Notes: generated from the letters alone by a model not told the origin. Shown: positions 44,500-55,829, counted from the stretch's first letter. The stretch: 64,000 nucleotides of DNA from Bacteroidota bacterium (GCA_006218065.1 VBWE01000002.1:85973-149972), one strand, 5' to 3'. Numbers and translations are program-made.

Positions 44500-47400
44500 T
44501 TACATATTTTTACTTAACCACACCCGCATCAGCGACAGCAGGCGTTCGATATCGACCGGTTTTGTAATGTAATCATTGGCCCCGGCGTCGATGCACTTTT
44601 GTTTATCGTCTTTCATGGCTTTCGCCGTAAGGGCGATCACGGGGAGATTTTTAAATTTTTCCTGGAGCCGTATGCGCCGCATCGCTTCGTAACCGTCCAT
44701 TTCCGGCATCATGATGTCCATCAGCACCAGGTCGATATCATGATGCTGCTCCAGCATCTCCAGCGCGTTTCTCCCGTTTTCCGCCTTTATTATTTCCATG
44801 CCGCGTTCTTTCAGCACTTTGGATAGTGCGAATACATTGCGCATATCGTCATCCACCAACAGAATTTTTTTCGCCCTCAGGATGGTTTCCTTGTCGTACA
44901 AACCGGTAATGATCTGCCGTTTCTGTTCCGGCATGTTGCTGATGGTCCGGTGCAGGAAAAGAGCCGTTTCGTCCAGCAGGCGTTCTTCCGAGCGCACTCC
45001 TTTTATAATGATACTTTCCGCATATTTCTGCAGCTCCTCGTTTTCCTCCTTCGTGAGCTCTTTGCCGGTGTAAATGATAATAGGCGGAATATGCCGTCCT
45101 TCCAGTTTTTCCAGTTTGTAAATCAGTTCAAAGCCATTCATGTCCGGCAGCCCGATATCCAGCACGATACAGTCGATGTGATTTTCTTTGTAAATGGACA
45201 GCGCCTCTTTTCCGCTTTCCGCTTCGAAGCATTGCACATCGCCGTTGCCGATCAGTTTTCGTATGGCCTTCCTGGAATTCTGATCATCTTCCACGATCAG
45301 CAGGTTTTTCATTTGCCGGTTCACGAAATTTTCGATCCGGTCGAATGCATCGTCCATGTCCTTTTTGTTCACCGGTTTCATGAGGTATTCCACGGCTCCT
45401 TCTTTTATCGTGTCGAGCGAACGCTCATTTACGGATATGATATGAACAGGTATATGCCGCAAAGCAGGATTGCTTTTTAATTCGGCCAGCACTTTTTGCC
45501 CGCTCATACCGGGTAAATCCAGGTCGAGGATAATGGCCTGCGGCTTGTATTTTTCGACAAGCACCAGCCCGTCCTCTCCCGTGGCCGCCGCAAGACAGCG
45601 GAATCCTTTACTGTTCGCCTGCTTCAGCAATATGCCGGCAAATTTCAGATCGTCTTCAATGATCAGGACGACTTTATCGTCTTTCGAGATGGATGCGCGG
45701 TCGTCCGCTATGGTCGGGTAATTCAAAAAGCTGCTGTTCTTTTCGGCATGCTTAGCAAACAGGTTTTGTTCCGGCTTGTTCACGGCCGCCGTTCTGCCGG
45801 GATCGCGTTCGGCCTGTATTTCCACCGGGATGATCAGTGAAAACGAGGATCCTGCGTGCAGTTTGCTGGCCAGTTTGATCTCGCCGCCCAGCAGTTTTGC
45901 CAGTTCGCGCGAAATGGAAAGACCCAAGCCCGTGCCGCCGTATTTCCGCGAAGTTCCCCCGTCGGCCTGCTGGAAAGCTTCGAATATCGCCATCTGCTTT
46001 TCCTCTTCTATGCCGATGCCCGTATCCGTAACGGAAATGATCAGCGTATTTTCGGTATGCCTGCCGGCATGGATTTCCACGCTGCCTTTCTCCGTGAACT
46101 TGATGGCATTCGACAGCAGGTTTTTCAGGATCTGGCTCAGGCGCTGCGAGTCGGTGCGGATAAACTCGGGCAAATCGCCGTCGAATTTTGAACCGAGCAC
46201 CAGTCCTTTCTGATCGGCATGGAATTTAAAATCACGGAGCAGTTCGCCGACAAAATCCCGGACGGAAATCCGCTCCACGCTTATTTCCATCTTCCCTGCT
46301 TCAATCTTGGAAAGGTCGAGCACTTCGTTGATCAGTGTAAGCAGGTCGCGGCCGCTTTTATAAATAATCTCGGCGCTTTCGACCTGCTCTTTATCCAGGT
46401 TTTTGCTTTTATTGTCCGACAGGTCTTTGGAGAGGATGAGCAAACTGTTGAGCGGCGTTCGTAATTCGTGCGACATGTTTGCCAGGAATTCCGACTTGTA
46501 CCGGCTGCTTATTTCCAGTTGTTTCGTTTTTTGTTCGATATCGGATTTGGCGGCCTGCACTTCTTTGTTTTTTATTTCCAGCGACTGCGTCTGCTCTTCC
46601 AGCTCTTCGTTGGTCATTTGCAGTTCTTCCTGCTGCTGTTTCAGGTTTTGCGCCTGTTCTTCCAGCTCCTCATTCATCTGTTTCAGTTCTTCCTGCTGCG
46701 ACTGGAGTTCTTCACCCTGTACTTGTGTTTCTTCCAGCAGTTCCTGTATCCGTTTCCGGGCTATGGCTGAATTGACGCTTATAGCGATACTTTCTACGGA
46801 AGCGTTGACGAATTCTTTTTCTGTTTCGGTGAAGTGTTCCAGCTTGCCGATTTCGATCACGCCCAGGACCTTGCCTTCAAATGAAAAGGGTGTGATCAGG
46901 AGATTCCTGGGTTTGGCATGCAGCACGGAAGAGGTGATGCGCAATTGTTCTTCGGCTACATCCTTCAGCAATATCTGCCTCGATTCGTGCGCGGCCTGGC
47001 CGATCAGGCCTTCGTTCCAGGTGAATTTTTCTTTCGTGTCCCCGGGAGATGCAAAAGCATACCGACCGCTGAGCACGAATGTGTTTTCTTTGTCGCTGAA
47101 CAGGTAAACCGCGCCGATGTCTCCATCCAGGTAGCCGGCTAAAAAAGTGATCGTATTCGCAGCCAGTTCTTCGATACCCTGGTCGCCGGCCAGTTTTTCG
47201 TTGAGCTGGTTTTTCCCCGTGGAAAGCCAGTTATGTCTTTCATTGGCGGCCGTGCTTTCGCGCAACGATTCCGTCATTTTCTTCAATGCATTTCCTAAAG
47301 TGTCTTTATCCGATCTTGGCGTAAAATCCGTTGCATAATTCCCGGAAGCAACACTATTTGCATTTGCCGTTACTTCCCGGAAGCTGTCATTAACACTGAT

Positions 47401-48147
47401 CAGGGAATTAAATATGGGCCGTAATTCATCAACAATGGCATCTTCCGGTTTGCTGTCGGTGAATTCCCGGCTGGCGATTTTTTCCGCTTCTGCTGTTATA
47501 GAAGAAATCCGCTTGGTAATACCCTGTATGATCCAATAGGAAATGAAAATGGAAAACAGGATGCAGGCGATGATCAGCCCGATGATCAGGTTCCGGGCAG
47601 TATCGTAGCTGTTGTCGCTCAGCAGTTTGTCGGCCGCCATGCTTTTTGCATTTTTAGTGACAAGCCGTTCCAGTTGCCGGGCCATATCCTCTCTTTTTTC
47701 GCGGGTTTGCACACCGGAAATTTTAAAGGCTTTTTCGTCCTCGTCTTTCATCGCCAGCGAAACGATTTCTTCTATATCTTTTTTAAAGCTGCGGAACGTG
47801 ACGATAAATTCATTTAATATGAGTTTTCCCTTCTCATCCGCCAGTTCCTTTAGCCTGGCAGATTTATTCTCCGCATCTTCTATGCTCTGGTAAATACGAT
47901 CCTTGTATGTGTTTTTTTTAACCGGGTCCTCTTCAAGGATAAGATTCTTTTCATTGCGGGTGACTTCCAGGACAGCGATCTGAAGTTCATGGGACAGGTT
48001 TATTCTTTCTGCAGATACATTGACGATGCCCGACAACCGTTCATTGCCTGCCGAAAATTCGCTGACCATAAACACGGCGGTGGATACGAGCAACAACAAA
48101 ATGACAATGAAACCACCAAGCAGCTTACTTTTAATAGTTATATTCAT
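44500..48147 (-). CDS. Hybrid kinase: 4HB-like sensor, HAMP, GAF, Glu/Gln-rich coiled coil, HisKA/HATPase, three REC domains
   Basis: Two TM; EELQSQQEELKQMNEELEEQ; FLANMSHELRTPLN; YGGTGLGL; three receiver domains. Confidence 0.95.
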   Translation of the reverse strand: MNITIKSKLLGGFIVILLLLVSTAVFMVSEFSAGNERLSGIVNVSAERINLSHELQIAVLEVTRNEKNLILEEDPVKKNTYKDRIYQSIEDAENKSARLKELADEKGKLILNEFIVTFRSFKKDIEEIVSLAMKDEDEKAFKISGVQTREKREDMARQLERLVTKNAKSMAADKLLSDNSYDTARNLIIGLIIACILFSIFISYWIIQGITKRISSITAEAEKIASREFTDSKPEDAIVDELRPIFNSLISVNDSFREVTANANSVASGNYATDFTPRSDKDTLGNALKKMTESLRESTAANERHNWLSTGKNQLNEKLAGDQGIEELAANTITFLAGYLDGDIGAVYLFSDKENTFVLSGRYAFASPGDTKEKFTWNEGLIGQAAHESRQILLKDVAEEQLRITSSVLHAKPRNLLITPFSFEGKVLGVIEIGKLEHFTETEKEFVNASVESIAISVNSAIARKRIQELLEETQVQGEELQSQQEELKQMNEELEEQAQNLKQQQEELQMTNEELEEQTQSLEIKNKEVQAAKSDIEQKTKQLEISSRYKSEFLANMSHELRTPLNSLLILSKDLSDNKSKNLDKEQVESAEIIYKSGRDLLTLINEVLDLSKIEAGKMEISVERISVRDFVGELLRDFKFHADQKGLVLGSKFDGDLPEFIRTDSQRLSQILKNLLSNAIKFTEKGSVEIHAGRHTENTLIISVTDTGIGIEEEKQMAIFEAFQQADGGTSRKYGGTGLGLSISRELAKLLGGEIKLASKLHAGSSFSLIIPVEIQAERDPGRTAAVNKPEQNLFAKHAEKNSSFLNYPTIADDRASISKDDKVVLIIEDDLKFAGILLKQANSKGFRCLAAATGEDGLVLVEKYKPQAIILDLDLPGMSGQKVLAELKSNPALRHIPVHIISVNERSLDTIKEGAVEYLMKPVNKKDMDDAFDRIENFVNRQMKNLLIVEDDQNSRKAIRKLIGNGDVQCFEAESGKEALSIYKENHIDCIVLDIGLPDMNGFELIYKLEKLEGRHIPPIIIYTGKELTKEENEELQKYAESIIIKGVRSEERLLDETALFLHRTISNMPEQKRQIITGLYDKETILRAKKILLVDDDMRNVFALSKVLKERGMEIIKAENGRNALEMLEQHHDIDLVLMDIMMPEMDGYEAMRRIRLQEKFKNLPVIALTAKAMKDDKQKCIDAGANDYITKPVDIERLLSLMRVWLSKNM

Positions 48148-48169
48148 AACAAGATGAATTTTGATATTG

Positions 48170-48730
48170 TTAATATAGCTTTAAAAGTAAATTTATGATA
48201 TTTTCCAACGGTAAAACGTAATCTATCGCGGTGTTTGCAATCACCGAAGCCGGCATCAAAGGAGATTCCGCGGTTTCCGGGTCCTGCACGATCGCCAGGC
48301 CCCCGCATGCTTTTACTTTTTGCATCCCGGCTGTTCCGTCGGCGTTCGACCCGGTAAGTATGATGCCGATCAGCTTGTCTTTATACGCTTCGGCTGCGGA
48401 TTCAAAAAGCACGTCGATGGATGGCCGGGCAAAATTCACGCGTTCACTGGCGGCCAGGGAAAAGGTTTTGTCTTTTTCAACCAGCAGGTGGTAATTGGGC
48501 GGAGCGATATACGTATGACCGGGTTCGATTTTTTCTTTTTCGTCCGCTTCTTTTATATGGAGTTTGCTCTTATCGTTTAAAAGATCGATCCACTGGCTGT
48601 CGGACCGCGAACCGACGTGCTGCACAACGATAATCGGAATGGAAAAGCCGGGCGGTAAAGCGGAAAACAAAAACGTCAGGGCATTCAGCCCGCCAGAAGA
48701 AGCGCCGATCACAATCGCTTCGTATTTCAT
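48170..48730 (-). CDS. cheB: Stand-alone CheB methylesterase (no receiver domain)
   Basis: IGASSGG, VQH, APPNYHL, RPSIDVLF, LTGSNADG. Confidence 0.93.
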   Translation of the reverse strand: MKYEAIVIGASSGGLNALTFLFSALPPGFSIPIIVVQHVGSRSDSQWIDLLNDKSKLHIKEADEKEKIEPGHTYIAPPNYHLLVEKDKTFSLAASERVNFARPSIDVLFESAAEAYKDKLIGIILTGSNADGTAGMQKVKACGGLAIVQDPETAESPLMPASVIANTAIDYVLPLENIINLLLKLY

Positions 48731-49554
48731 TCATACTTCTTTTTGAATATTCTTCGCTTTTGATCCAGCACGGCATATTCTCCCTGCAAATCACTGAACC
48801 GCAGGCTTTCTTTTGATCCCAGGCACAGGACTCCACCGTTGGTCAGGCTGTCGTAAAAAAGTTTCTGCACTTTATTCTGCAGGCTCCTTTCGAAGTAAAT
48901 CAGCACATTCCTGCACAGTACCAGGTGCACTTCGGCAAACACGCTGTCGGTAACCAGGTTGTGATTGGCCCAGACGATATTCTTTTTCAAGGCCTGGTTT
49001 ATAATGGCCATATCATAGCTGGAAGTATAATAACCGGCAAAAGATTCTTTTCCTCCCGACAACTGGTAATTCAGCGTGTACTCTTTCATCAGCCCGGCGG
49101 GGAAAATCCCTTCTTTCGCCTTATTCAGCGCTTGCTGGTTAAAATCGGTAGCGTAAATCGTGGTCCGTTCATACAAACCTTCCTCGCGCAGGATGATCGC
49201 CATGGAATAGGCCTCTTCTCCTGTCGAGCAGCCGGCGTGCCATATTTTTATGAAAGGATATGTTTTTAAAACCGGGATCACTTTTTCCCGCAATGCTTTG
49301 TAAAAATCCGGGTCGCGAAACATTTCGGTTACCGTTATCGACAGATCCTGTATGAGCAGCGAAGCAAATGATTTATCATGAAGCACAAAATCCTGCATTT
49401 GAGAAATACTTCCCAGGCCGGACAGGGTCAACCGGTTCATAATTCTTCGCCGGATATGCGCTTCGGAATATTGCCGGAAATCATACCCGTATTTTTTGTA
49501 AACGGCATCCAGCAGCAATGAAATTTCAATGTCTGAAGTGTCTTTATATTCCAT
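48727..49554 (-). CDS. cheR: CheR methyltransferase
   Basis: VTEMFRD, IWHAGCSTGEEAYS, CRNVLIYF. Confidence 0.95.
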   Translation of the reverse strand: MEYKDTSDIEISLLLDAVYKKYGYDFRQYSEAHIRRRIMNRLTLSGLGSISQMQDFVLHDKSFASLLIQDLSITVTEMFRDPDFYKALREKVIPVLKTYPFIKIWHAGCSTGEEAYSMAIILREEGLYERTTIYATDFNQQALNKAKEGIFPAGLMKEYTLNYQLSGGKESFAGYYTSSYDMAIINQALKKNIVWANHNLVTDSVFAEVHLVLCRNVLIYFERSLQNKVQKLFYDSLTNGGVLCLGSKESLRFSDLQGEYAVLDQKRRIFKKKYE

Positions 49555-49717
49555 TACGCCTGCTGACTATCACGGATACTGCAAAAAAACAACTGCCTCA
49601 TGCAGGTAAAAATAATGAAATACTTGTCATTGCAGGGAATATAATGGAGAAACGGGAATGGAAATACCTTTTCAAGGATCCCCGGCAATATATTTCACCG
49701 GTGCGCTCACAGAGGAA

Positions 49718-50479
49718 TCAATCCTGCCTTCCTTTCAGTACATCCAGAATCTCCTGCTTTTTCCTCCTCGAGATTTCGAAACAGAATTGATTATTGACAG
49801 TCAGCATACACGGTTCGCCCTTGCTGTAATCGTTGATGAAGTTCACGTTGACGATGTACTGTTTGTTTATCCGTACAAATTGCCGGTAGCCTTCCAGCAG
49901 GTCTTCAAATTCCCCCAGGTTTTTAGACGACGTAAAAAATTCATTCGACGAAGTGACGATCTGTGTATAGTTTCGTTCGGCCTGCATATGGGTAATATCC
50001 CGGAGCGGCAGCAAAACGACCGTATCATTTTTATGAACGGCCAGTTTTTTTTCGATGTCCTCCCGCTCCAGGTGGATAATGAGGTTGACCAGTTGCTTTT
50101 GCCGCACTTCTTTTTTTTCAACAACTTTTTCCAGTCGGGCGACGGTTGTTTTCAGTTCATTTATTTCAACGGGTTTCAGCAGGTAATCCAGCGCATTGAA
50201 TTTAATGGCTTCGATCGCATACTCATCATAACTGGTTACGAAAATAACTTCGAAAGGAATTTCGATAAATTTTTTCAGGATGGCGAACCCGTTGTCGCCC
50301 GGCATTTGTATATCCAGGAATATCACCTGCGGTTTATGATCGATAATCATTTTATAGGCGGCAGATACGTTGGACGCTTCTCCGCAGATGTCGATACCCG
50401 GGCAATGCTGTTCTGCAAGCTTCCGGAGCACACTGCGGCTGTCCGCCTCATCATCGATAATAAGCGCTTTTAATTTCAT
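49718..50479 (-). CDS. LytTR-family response regulator
   Basis: IIDDE, FLDIQMP, YLLKPV, FVRINKQYIVN. Confidence 0.95.
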   Translation of the reverse strand: MKLKALIIDDEADSRSVLRKLAEQHCPGIDICGEASNVSAAYKMIIDHKPQVIFLDIQMPGDNGFAILKKFIEIPFEVIFVTSYDEYAIEAIKFNALDYLLKPVEINELKTTVARLEKVVEKKEVRQKQLVNLIIHLEREDIEKKLAVHKNDTVVLLPLRDITHMQAERNYTQIVTSSNEFFTSSKNLGEFEDLLEGYRQFVRINKQYIVNVNFINDYSKGEPCMLTVNNQFCFEISRRKKQEILDVLKGRQD

Positions 50480-50480
50480 G

Positions 50481-53429
50481 TCAGTATTTCAAGGGTAAGA
50501 ATAATTGCACACGTGTTCCGCAGGGAGTTTTCTCCCCGTTGTATAAATCGGCGACCACGATCCTGGAATCTTTATACCCGATGGCCTTGAGTGTTTCCAG
50601 CCGTTCCTGCGAAAGCGCCATGCCGATCGATTCATGGCTTCCGCGCTTTTTGATTTCCATGGCCCTGGCGCGCCCCACGCCGTTATCTTCAATGGTGATA
50701 ACCAGTTCTTCATTTTGCAAAGCCATGCCGATCAGCAGTTTTCCTTCACCCGTCGCTTCCATATTCATGATGCCGTGCCAGATGGCGTTCTCGACAAAAG
50801 GCTGGATGAGCATGACGGGAATTTTAATTTCTTCCACCGGGAGGTTCGGTTCTATGATTACCTGGCAGGAAAACCGGTTTTTGAACCTGCGCTGTTCCAG
50901 CTCGGTATACAATTCAAGCATTTCCAGTTCCTTTTCCAGGCTGATGGTATTTCGCCTGGAGTTGGTCAGGATTTTCCGGATGAGGCTGCTGAATTTCGTG
51001 AGGTAATCATACGCGTATTCTGTCTCGTTGTTCAGCACATAATTCTGTATGCTGTTAATGGCATTGAAAATAAAATGTGGGTTCATTTGCGCCCGTATGG
51101 CCGACATCTGGTATTCGGCAACGAGTTTGTTCAGCGCGGTTTTTTCAGCCTCTTTTTTCCTGATCACCCGCAGCCGCCACACAACCAGCGCAACCACAGG
51201 AATACCCGCCCCGGCGATGAGAAAGAGTATAAACCACCAGCTTTCCCAGAAAGGTTGCCTGATAACGAAGCGATAAACGGCGGGCATTGTACTGCGAACT
51301 CCTTCGGATGTAACAGCTACAGCTTCCAGGAAATATGTTCCGCCGCCGAGATTGCTGAATGATAATTCACCGGTACGGCTTGTTCGCCAGTTCGTGTCGA
51401 GTCCGCTCAGCCTGTAGAGGTAATACAGGTTTTCGGGATTGCGATAAGTAATGCCTTCGAGATGAAAAGATAAATTGTTTTCCCGGTGCGAAAACGAATT
51501 TCTCCCGGTCACTTTTTTTGTGTCGTTATATACGTTCAGCAGGTAAACCGGGGGAGCCGGGAGCCGGTAATCGAGTTCGCTCATGTTTGCAGCACAGAGC
51601 CCTTTTTGCGTGGATAAATAAATTTCATCCCCGAGGATGGCGAGCAGAAGTATTTCTTCGTTGAGCAAACCGTGCTCGGTTCCGTAAACGGAAACGGTTG
51701 TTCCGCCGCTCTTCCTGCGGATACAGCAAAGTCCGGCATTGGTAGCCAGCCACGGATTGTTTTCATCGTCGAAAGCGATATCGTAACAGATACCCGAAGG
51801 AAGCCCGTCTGTAATACTATAATGGCGCTGGATTTCCGGGCCCTTCAGTTGCATCACGCCATCACCGTGTGTGCACACCCAGATATTTCCCAACCGGTCG
51901 CGTTTCAGCCGGTTCACTTTGCACGATACCTGTTTTACCTGTACGAGGCGATTGTTTTCACGTATGTACATACCGCTATGTGTTGCGACATAGATGGTTC
52001 CATCGTTATCAATCCCTATATCCTTGCCTCTGCCGGGCAAAGTCATATCCGTGAAAATGGAATCATTCCGCATATAGCACAGGTATTGGAATGTAATTCC
52101 CCAGATTTTTTTATCAGGGCCGGTTGCCAGGTTATAGAGCGTCGTCTTACTGTACAGGGAATCCGGGATAGATTTTACAGGGCGAAAATTTTTGTCCAGC
52201 CTCAACGTTCCGCCGGGCCCCGAGGAGTATACAAACTCATCCTGCACGATATAGGTTTGTTTCTCGTTACGGAAATCGCCTCCTGTAAGTGATTCAAACA
52301 CATTATAAGTGTTTTTGTCGCTGAACAGGTACGGGCGGTTGTCAGCGGTATTCGCAAGAACATGTGAACCGACCGTATGCAGTGCGGATAATTTTATGCC
52401 CAGGTTTTTCTCGCCGGGATAGGCCACAGTATTCAGCGATGCGGCGTATTGCACGCCATCGGAGAGCGTGCCCGCCCAGATTCCGCCTTCGTGATCCATA
52501 AGAATCCCGGCAGGAGAATAGTGTTGAAGCAAATGAAAAGGCGTTTTCGACAAATCGCCGTCCGGGTAATAAAAAACACCGTTCTGGAACATGGTTATCC
52601 AGATACCCCCGTTCCTGTCCTGGTACATGGAAATAAGCCGTGCCGGCAGATCTAAAGTATCGGAACTTCCGTCGGGACTTATCGCAAAAACCTTGTCCCA
52701 GAAACCGATCAGCACACGCCCGTCAGCCAGCCCGGTGGATTTGAAAACCGCGAGAGCGGAAACGCGGATCATTTCGAAATCGAAACGAAGAAAACGTTTC
52801 CCCTTTTCCGTTTCGAGGCAAAGCGTGTACACGTCGTCTGCTGTCAGCACATGTGAACTGTAATCGGTGTAATTGGCGCAGTGCGTTTCTCCATGCATGG
52901 TTTTTACCCAAAGCAGGGCGCTGTCGGGTGCGGGAAGAAATGTGAGACGGCTCAGCGTTTTTTTATCGAGCGTAAAAAAACCTGCTTGTGTGCCGAGTAA
53001 AAGCTCGTCTTTATTATAATCGGCGATGCTTTTGATAAACCGGCTTCCGTTCCGGAGTTTTTTTGCGAGAGAATCGCTAACCGGTGTGGTGAATGCCGAA
53101 TCGTTTTTAATATACCCGAGCCGGGAATTGCTGGTTATGTAAAACACACGCCCCTGTTCGTCCTCATACGTATCAAAAACCGTATTGTCCGTCAACCCGT
53201 TTGCCGTAGTGAATGTTTTGAATGAACGGCCGTTGAACCTGGTCAGCCCGACGTTGGTACTGATCCACAAGTACTTTTTCGAATCCTGTTTCACCGTAAA
53301 ACATTCGCTGCCGGGTAGCCCGTTTCCCGGCAGAAGGGGACGGAAAACGAACTGTTGCCCGGAAAGAGCAGCCAGTTGAAATAATAAGGCAAACGAACAG
53401 ATCAACCGCACGAACATGAGTACAAACAT
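50481..53429 (-). CDS. Beta-propeller/Y_Y_Y sensor with LytS-type kinase
   Basis: GLPG..QDSKKYLW repeats; YLYRLSGLD..W; AQMNPHFIFNAIN; VENAIWHG; EDNGVG. Confidence 0.93.
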   Translation of the reverse strand: MFVLMFVRLICSFALLFQLAALSGQQFVFRPLLPGNGLPGSECFTVKQDSKKYLWISTNVGLTRFNGRSFKTFTTANGLTDNTVFDTYEDEQGRVFYITSNSRLGYIKNDSAFTTPVSDSLAKKLRNGSRFIKSIADYNKDELLLGTQAGFFTLDKKTLSRLTFLPAPDSALLWVKTMHGETHCANYTDYSSHVLTADDVYTLCLETEKGKRFLRFDFEMIRVSALAVFKSTGLADGRVLIGFWDKVFAISPDGSSDTLDLPARLISMYQDRNGGIWITMFQNGVFYYPDGDLSKTPFHLLQHYSPAGILMDHEGGIWAGTLSDGVQYAASLNTVAYPGEKNLGIKLSALHTVGSHVLANTADNRPYLFSDKNTYNVFESLTGGDFRNEKQTYIVQDEFVYSSGPGGTLRLDKNFRPVKSIPDSLYSKTTLYNLATGPDKKIWGITFQYLCYMRNDSIFTDMTLPGRGKDIGIDNDGTIYVATHSGMYIRENNRLVQVKQVSCKVNRLKRDRLGNIWVCTHGDGVMQLKGPEIQRHYSITDGLPSGICYDIAFDDENNPWLATNAGLCCIRRKSGGTTVSVYGTEHGLLNEEILLLAILGDEIYLSTQKGLCAANMSELDYRLPAPPVYLLNVYNDTKKVTGRNSFSHRENNLSFHLEGITYRNPENLYYLYRLSGLDTNWRTSRTGELSFSNLGGGTYFLEAVAVTSEGVRSTMPAVYRFVIRQPFWESWWFILFLIAGAGIPVVALVVWRLRVIRKKEAEKTALNKLVAEYQMSAIRAQMNPHFIFNAINSIQNYVLNNETEYAYDYLTKFSSLIRKILTNSRRNTISLEKELEMLELYTELEQRRFKNRFSCQVIIEPNLPVEEIKIPVMLIQPFVENAIWHGIMNMEATGEGKLLIGMALQNEELVITIEDNGVGRARAMEIKKRGSHESIGMALSQERLETLKAIGYKDSRIVVADLYNGEKTPCGTRVQLFLPLKY

Positions 53430-53563
53430 AATTGATCGGTCATGTCGTTGCCAAAAAAATACATGCGTGTGTAAAAAACTGATCCTGCGGCGGCGATATC
53501 AAATAAACACATTATAATTTTATTGCCCTCCAATCGGAGGGTATAGTTCAATAAAAAGAAATC

Positions 53564-55663
53564 ATGAAAAAAACCTGGAACCTGTTGTTGCTATTGCAAC
53601 TTATTGTCATCTCGCCGTTGAATGCGCAATCTCCTGTTTATGATTGGGGTAAACGCTTGCAGAGTAATAGTTCCGGCGGCGCAATCTGCACGTCCATTGC
53701 TGCAGAGTATTCGCTGGGATCGATTAACAGCCCGGCTGCGATCACGAATATTTACGTAACCGGGAAGTTTATAGGAAACATTACAATTCCTGAGCTCAAT
53801 AACCTGGTATTAACCAGCCAGGGCGGGCATGATATTTTCGTTCTCAAAATCAATGCTTCCGGGTCTGTTATCTATGCAACAACAATCGGCAGCCCGGCGA
53901 CCGATGATGAGGGTAATGACATTTGTGTTCAGCGGAATTTCAGCGGAACAGTTACAGCCGTATATGTAACAGGAAAGAGCAACGGAAAATTTCTGCTGGC
54001 CAAGCTCAATGCCGACCTCACCGCCCCGGCGAATAACCGGGTTTTCACAACGGTGTATCCTTCCGGGTATGCTACAGGCAGGGGCATCGTGATCAACGGC
54101 AGCACGCTTTATGTAACAGGTTCAATTACGGGGACCGGGCAGATCGATTTTTACGATTACCTCAACAATACCATTTCGGTTTATACGAATATCACGCCTG
54201 CCAACACAAAAGAACTAATGGTTTGCTCATTCAATACAAGCTTAATGCCCCTGGCCGGTATTGTGCCTTATGCAAGTACCGGGGATAATGAAGCTTTTGA
54301 TATTGCTTTCGGCAACAACCGGTTATTCATTACAGGCTATTTTATGAATACGGTGCAGTTCAGCAGCAACGGGGCTTCATCACTTGGTCCCAGTTCCGGA
54401 ACGAGAGATATTTTCCTGGCGAATCTCAATCCCAACCTGAGCGGATTGGGTTTCGATAAAACAGATCAGAAAAGGGCAGGGGGAAACCAGCAGAATGATC
54501 TGAATGGATACACCATCCAGGATATCGGTTATTCAGTAGCTTATGCCACCAATGCTGTATACCTGGCCGGGGGAGTAAGTCCTAATGTAACTGCGAATGT
54601 AGATAACTCCGCCGCTTTTACAGGCAGTGGATTTATGGCCAAGTTTCCGTACACGCCGGCCACGGCCACACTCGGAAATGTTACCTACGTATGTAAAATA
54701 ACAAGTAATGTAAACGGAGATGCTACAAGACCTTATGGACTTACCACTGATCCGGATGCCAATATCCTGGTCACCGGAATTGGCAGCCCTGGCGGGAAGG
54801 TGTACGATGCAGGTGGTATAACGAACATCCTTATTCCCGGCAGTACAGCTGTACCGGATCCCTGCGGCTTCATCTGTAAATTTAACAGTGCTGGCAGCCT
54901 GCTCTGGAATGAGCGCATCAACCAGCAGGTATTCGATCAGGTATATAGTGTAAGCACAAAATGCGGCCAGGCCGTGCTGGCTTCTAAATGCGATATTTAT
55001 CATGTCGGAGAACTTTCCACAACAAATTCGACAACATTCGGAACAAATCCCCCGTTCCATATTCCGAATCAATTCTACGGTTGTAATGCTTTCGTCGCCA
55101 AAGCGTCCAATACGATGACCATGGATAACGATACCACGGTATGCTTCAATACTCCAACGGCGTATCTTATTCTTTCCGCAAACGGAGCATCGAACTATAA
55201 CTGGACGGTTTCACCGAGCACCGGTGTAACAATAACAACACCCGCTTCGGCATCGCCGACTGTAACAATAACATCACCGGGAACCTATACTTTTACCTGT
55301 ACTACATCAATCAACTATGGCTCATCTGCAGCCTGCCAGCAAACGGGTTCGTGTATTGTCACAGCTATGTATTGTCCTACAGTCCAGTCAGGCAAAGCAA
55401 GCGCCGGATTGGTTTCACCTGACGTTATAGTCTGGCCTAATCCGGGTTCGGATATATTCACTGTTAATTGGAAAGGTGTTGATCATTATGAGATTGAGGT
55501 GTATGATATGATAGGAAGACTGGCGGGCAGGCAAAAAAGCGCGGGAGAAACTACTCCTGTCAATCTTGCTGCTGCGGAACTGCCCTACGGAATTTATATA
55601 CTAAAACTCACTGCCCCGGGAGGTCTCTCGCATATTGAAAGAATTGTATATCAGCGACCATAA
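53564..55663 (+). CDS. Secreted beta-propeller (SBBP-like) protein with Ig-like and T9SS domains
   Basis: Signal peptide; IYVTG.F and DIFVLK repeats; VWPNPG..YDMIGR..GIYIL. Confidence 0.85.
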   Translation: MKKTWNLLLLLQLIVISPLNAQSPVYDWGKRLQSNSSGGAICTSIAAEYSLGSINSPAAITNIYVTGKFIGNITIPELNNLVLTSQGGHDIFVLKINASGSVIYATTIGSPATDDEGNDICVQRNFSGTVTAVYVTGKSNGKFLLAKLNADLTAPANNRVFTTVYPSGYATGRGIVINGSTLYVTGSITGTGQIDFYDYLNNTISVYTNITPANTKELMVCSFNTSLMPLAGIVPYASTGDNEAFDIAFGNNRLFITGYFMNTVQFSSNGASSLGPSSGTRDIFLANLNPNLSGLGFDKTDQKRAGGNQQNDLNGYTIQDIGYSVAYATNAVYLAGGVSPNVTANVDNSAAFTGSGFMAKFPYTPATATLGNVTYVCKITSNVNGDATRPYGLTTDPDANILVTGIGSPGGKVYDAGGITNILIPGSTAVPDPCGFICKFNSAGSLLWNERINQQVFDQVYSVSTKCGQAVLASKCDIYHVGELSTTNSTTFGTNPPFHIPNQFYGCNAFVAKASNTMTMDNDTTVCFNTPTAYLILSANGASNYNWTVSPSTGVTITTPASASPTVTITSPGTYTFTCTTSINYGSSAACQQTGSCIVTAMYCPTVQSGKASAGLVSPDVIVWPNPGSDIFTVNWKGVDHYEIEVYDMIGRLAGRQKSAGETTPVNLAAAELPYGIYILKLTAPGGLSHIERIVYQRP

Positions 55664-55790
55664 AAAATTAATTCTGATTACCGGGCGAGTGTTTTAATTT
55701 GTTAACCCCAGGAGTTCAATACGATTAATAGCCCCGGGATTGGTCCGTGCGAAGAAATCCGGGAAGTCAATTCAGATAAGTGAAGTATTG

Positions 55791-55829
55791 AAAAGCAAAA
55801 AACCATCAACTGATGGTTTTTTGCTTTTT
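55791..55829. terminator. Bidirectional intrinsic terminator
   Basis: AAAAGCAAAAAACCATCA-AC-TGATGGTTTTTTGCTTTT between convergent genes. Confidence 0.85.
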
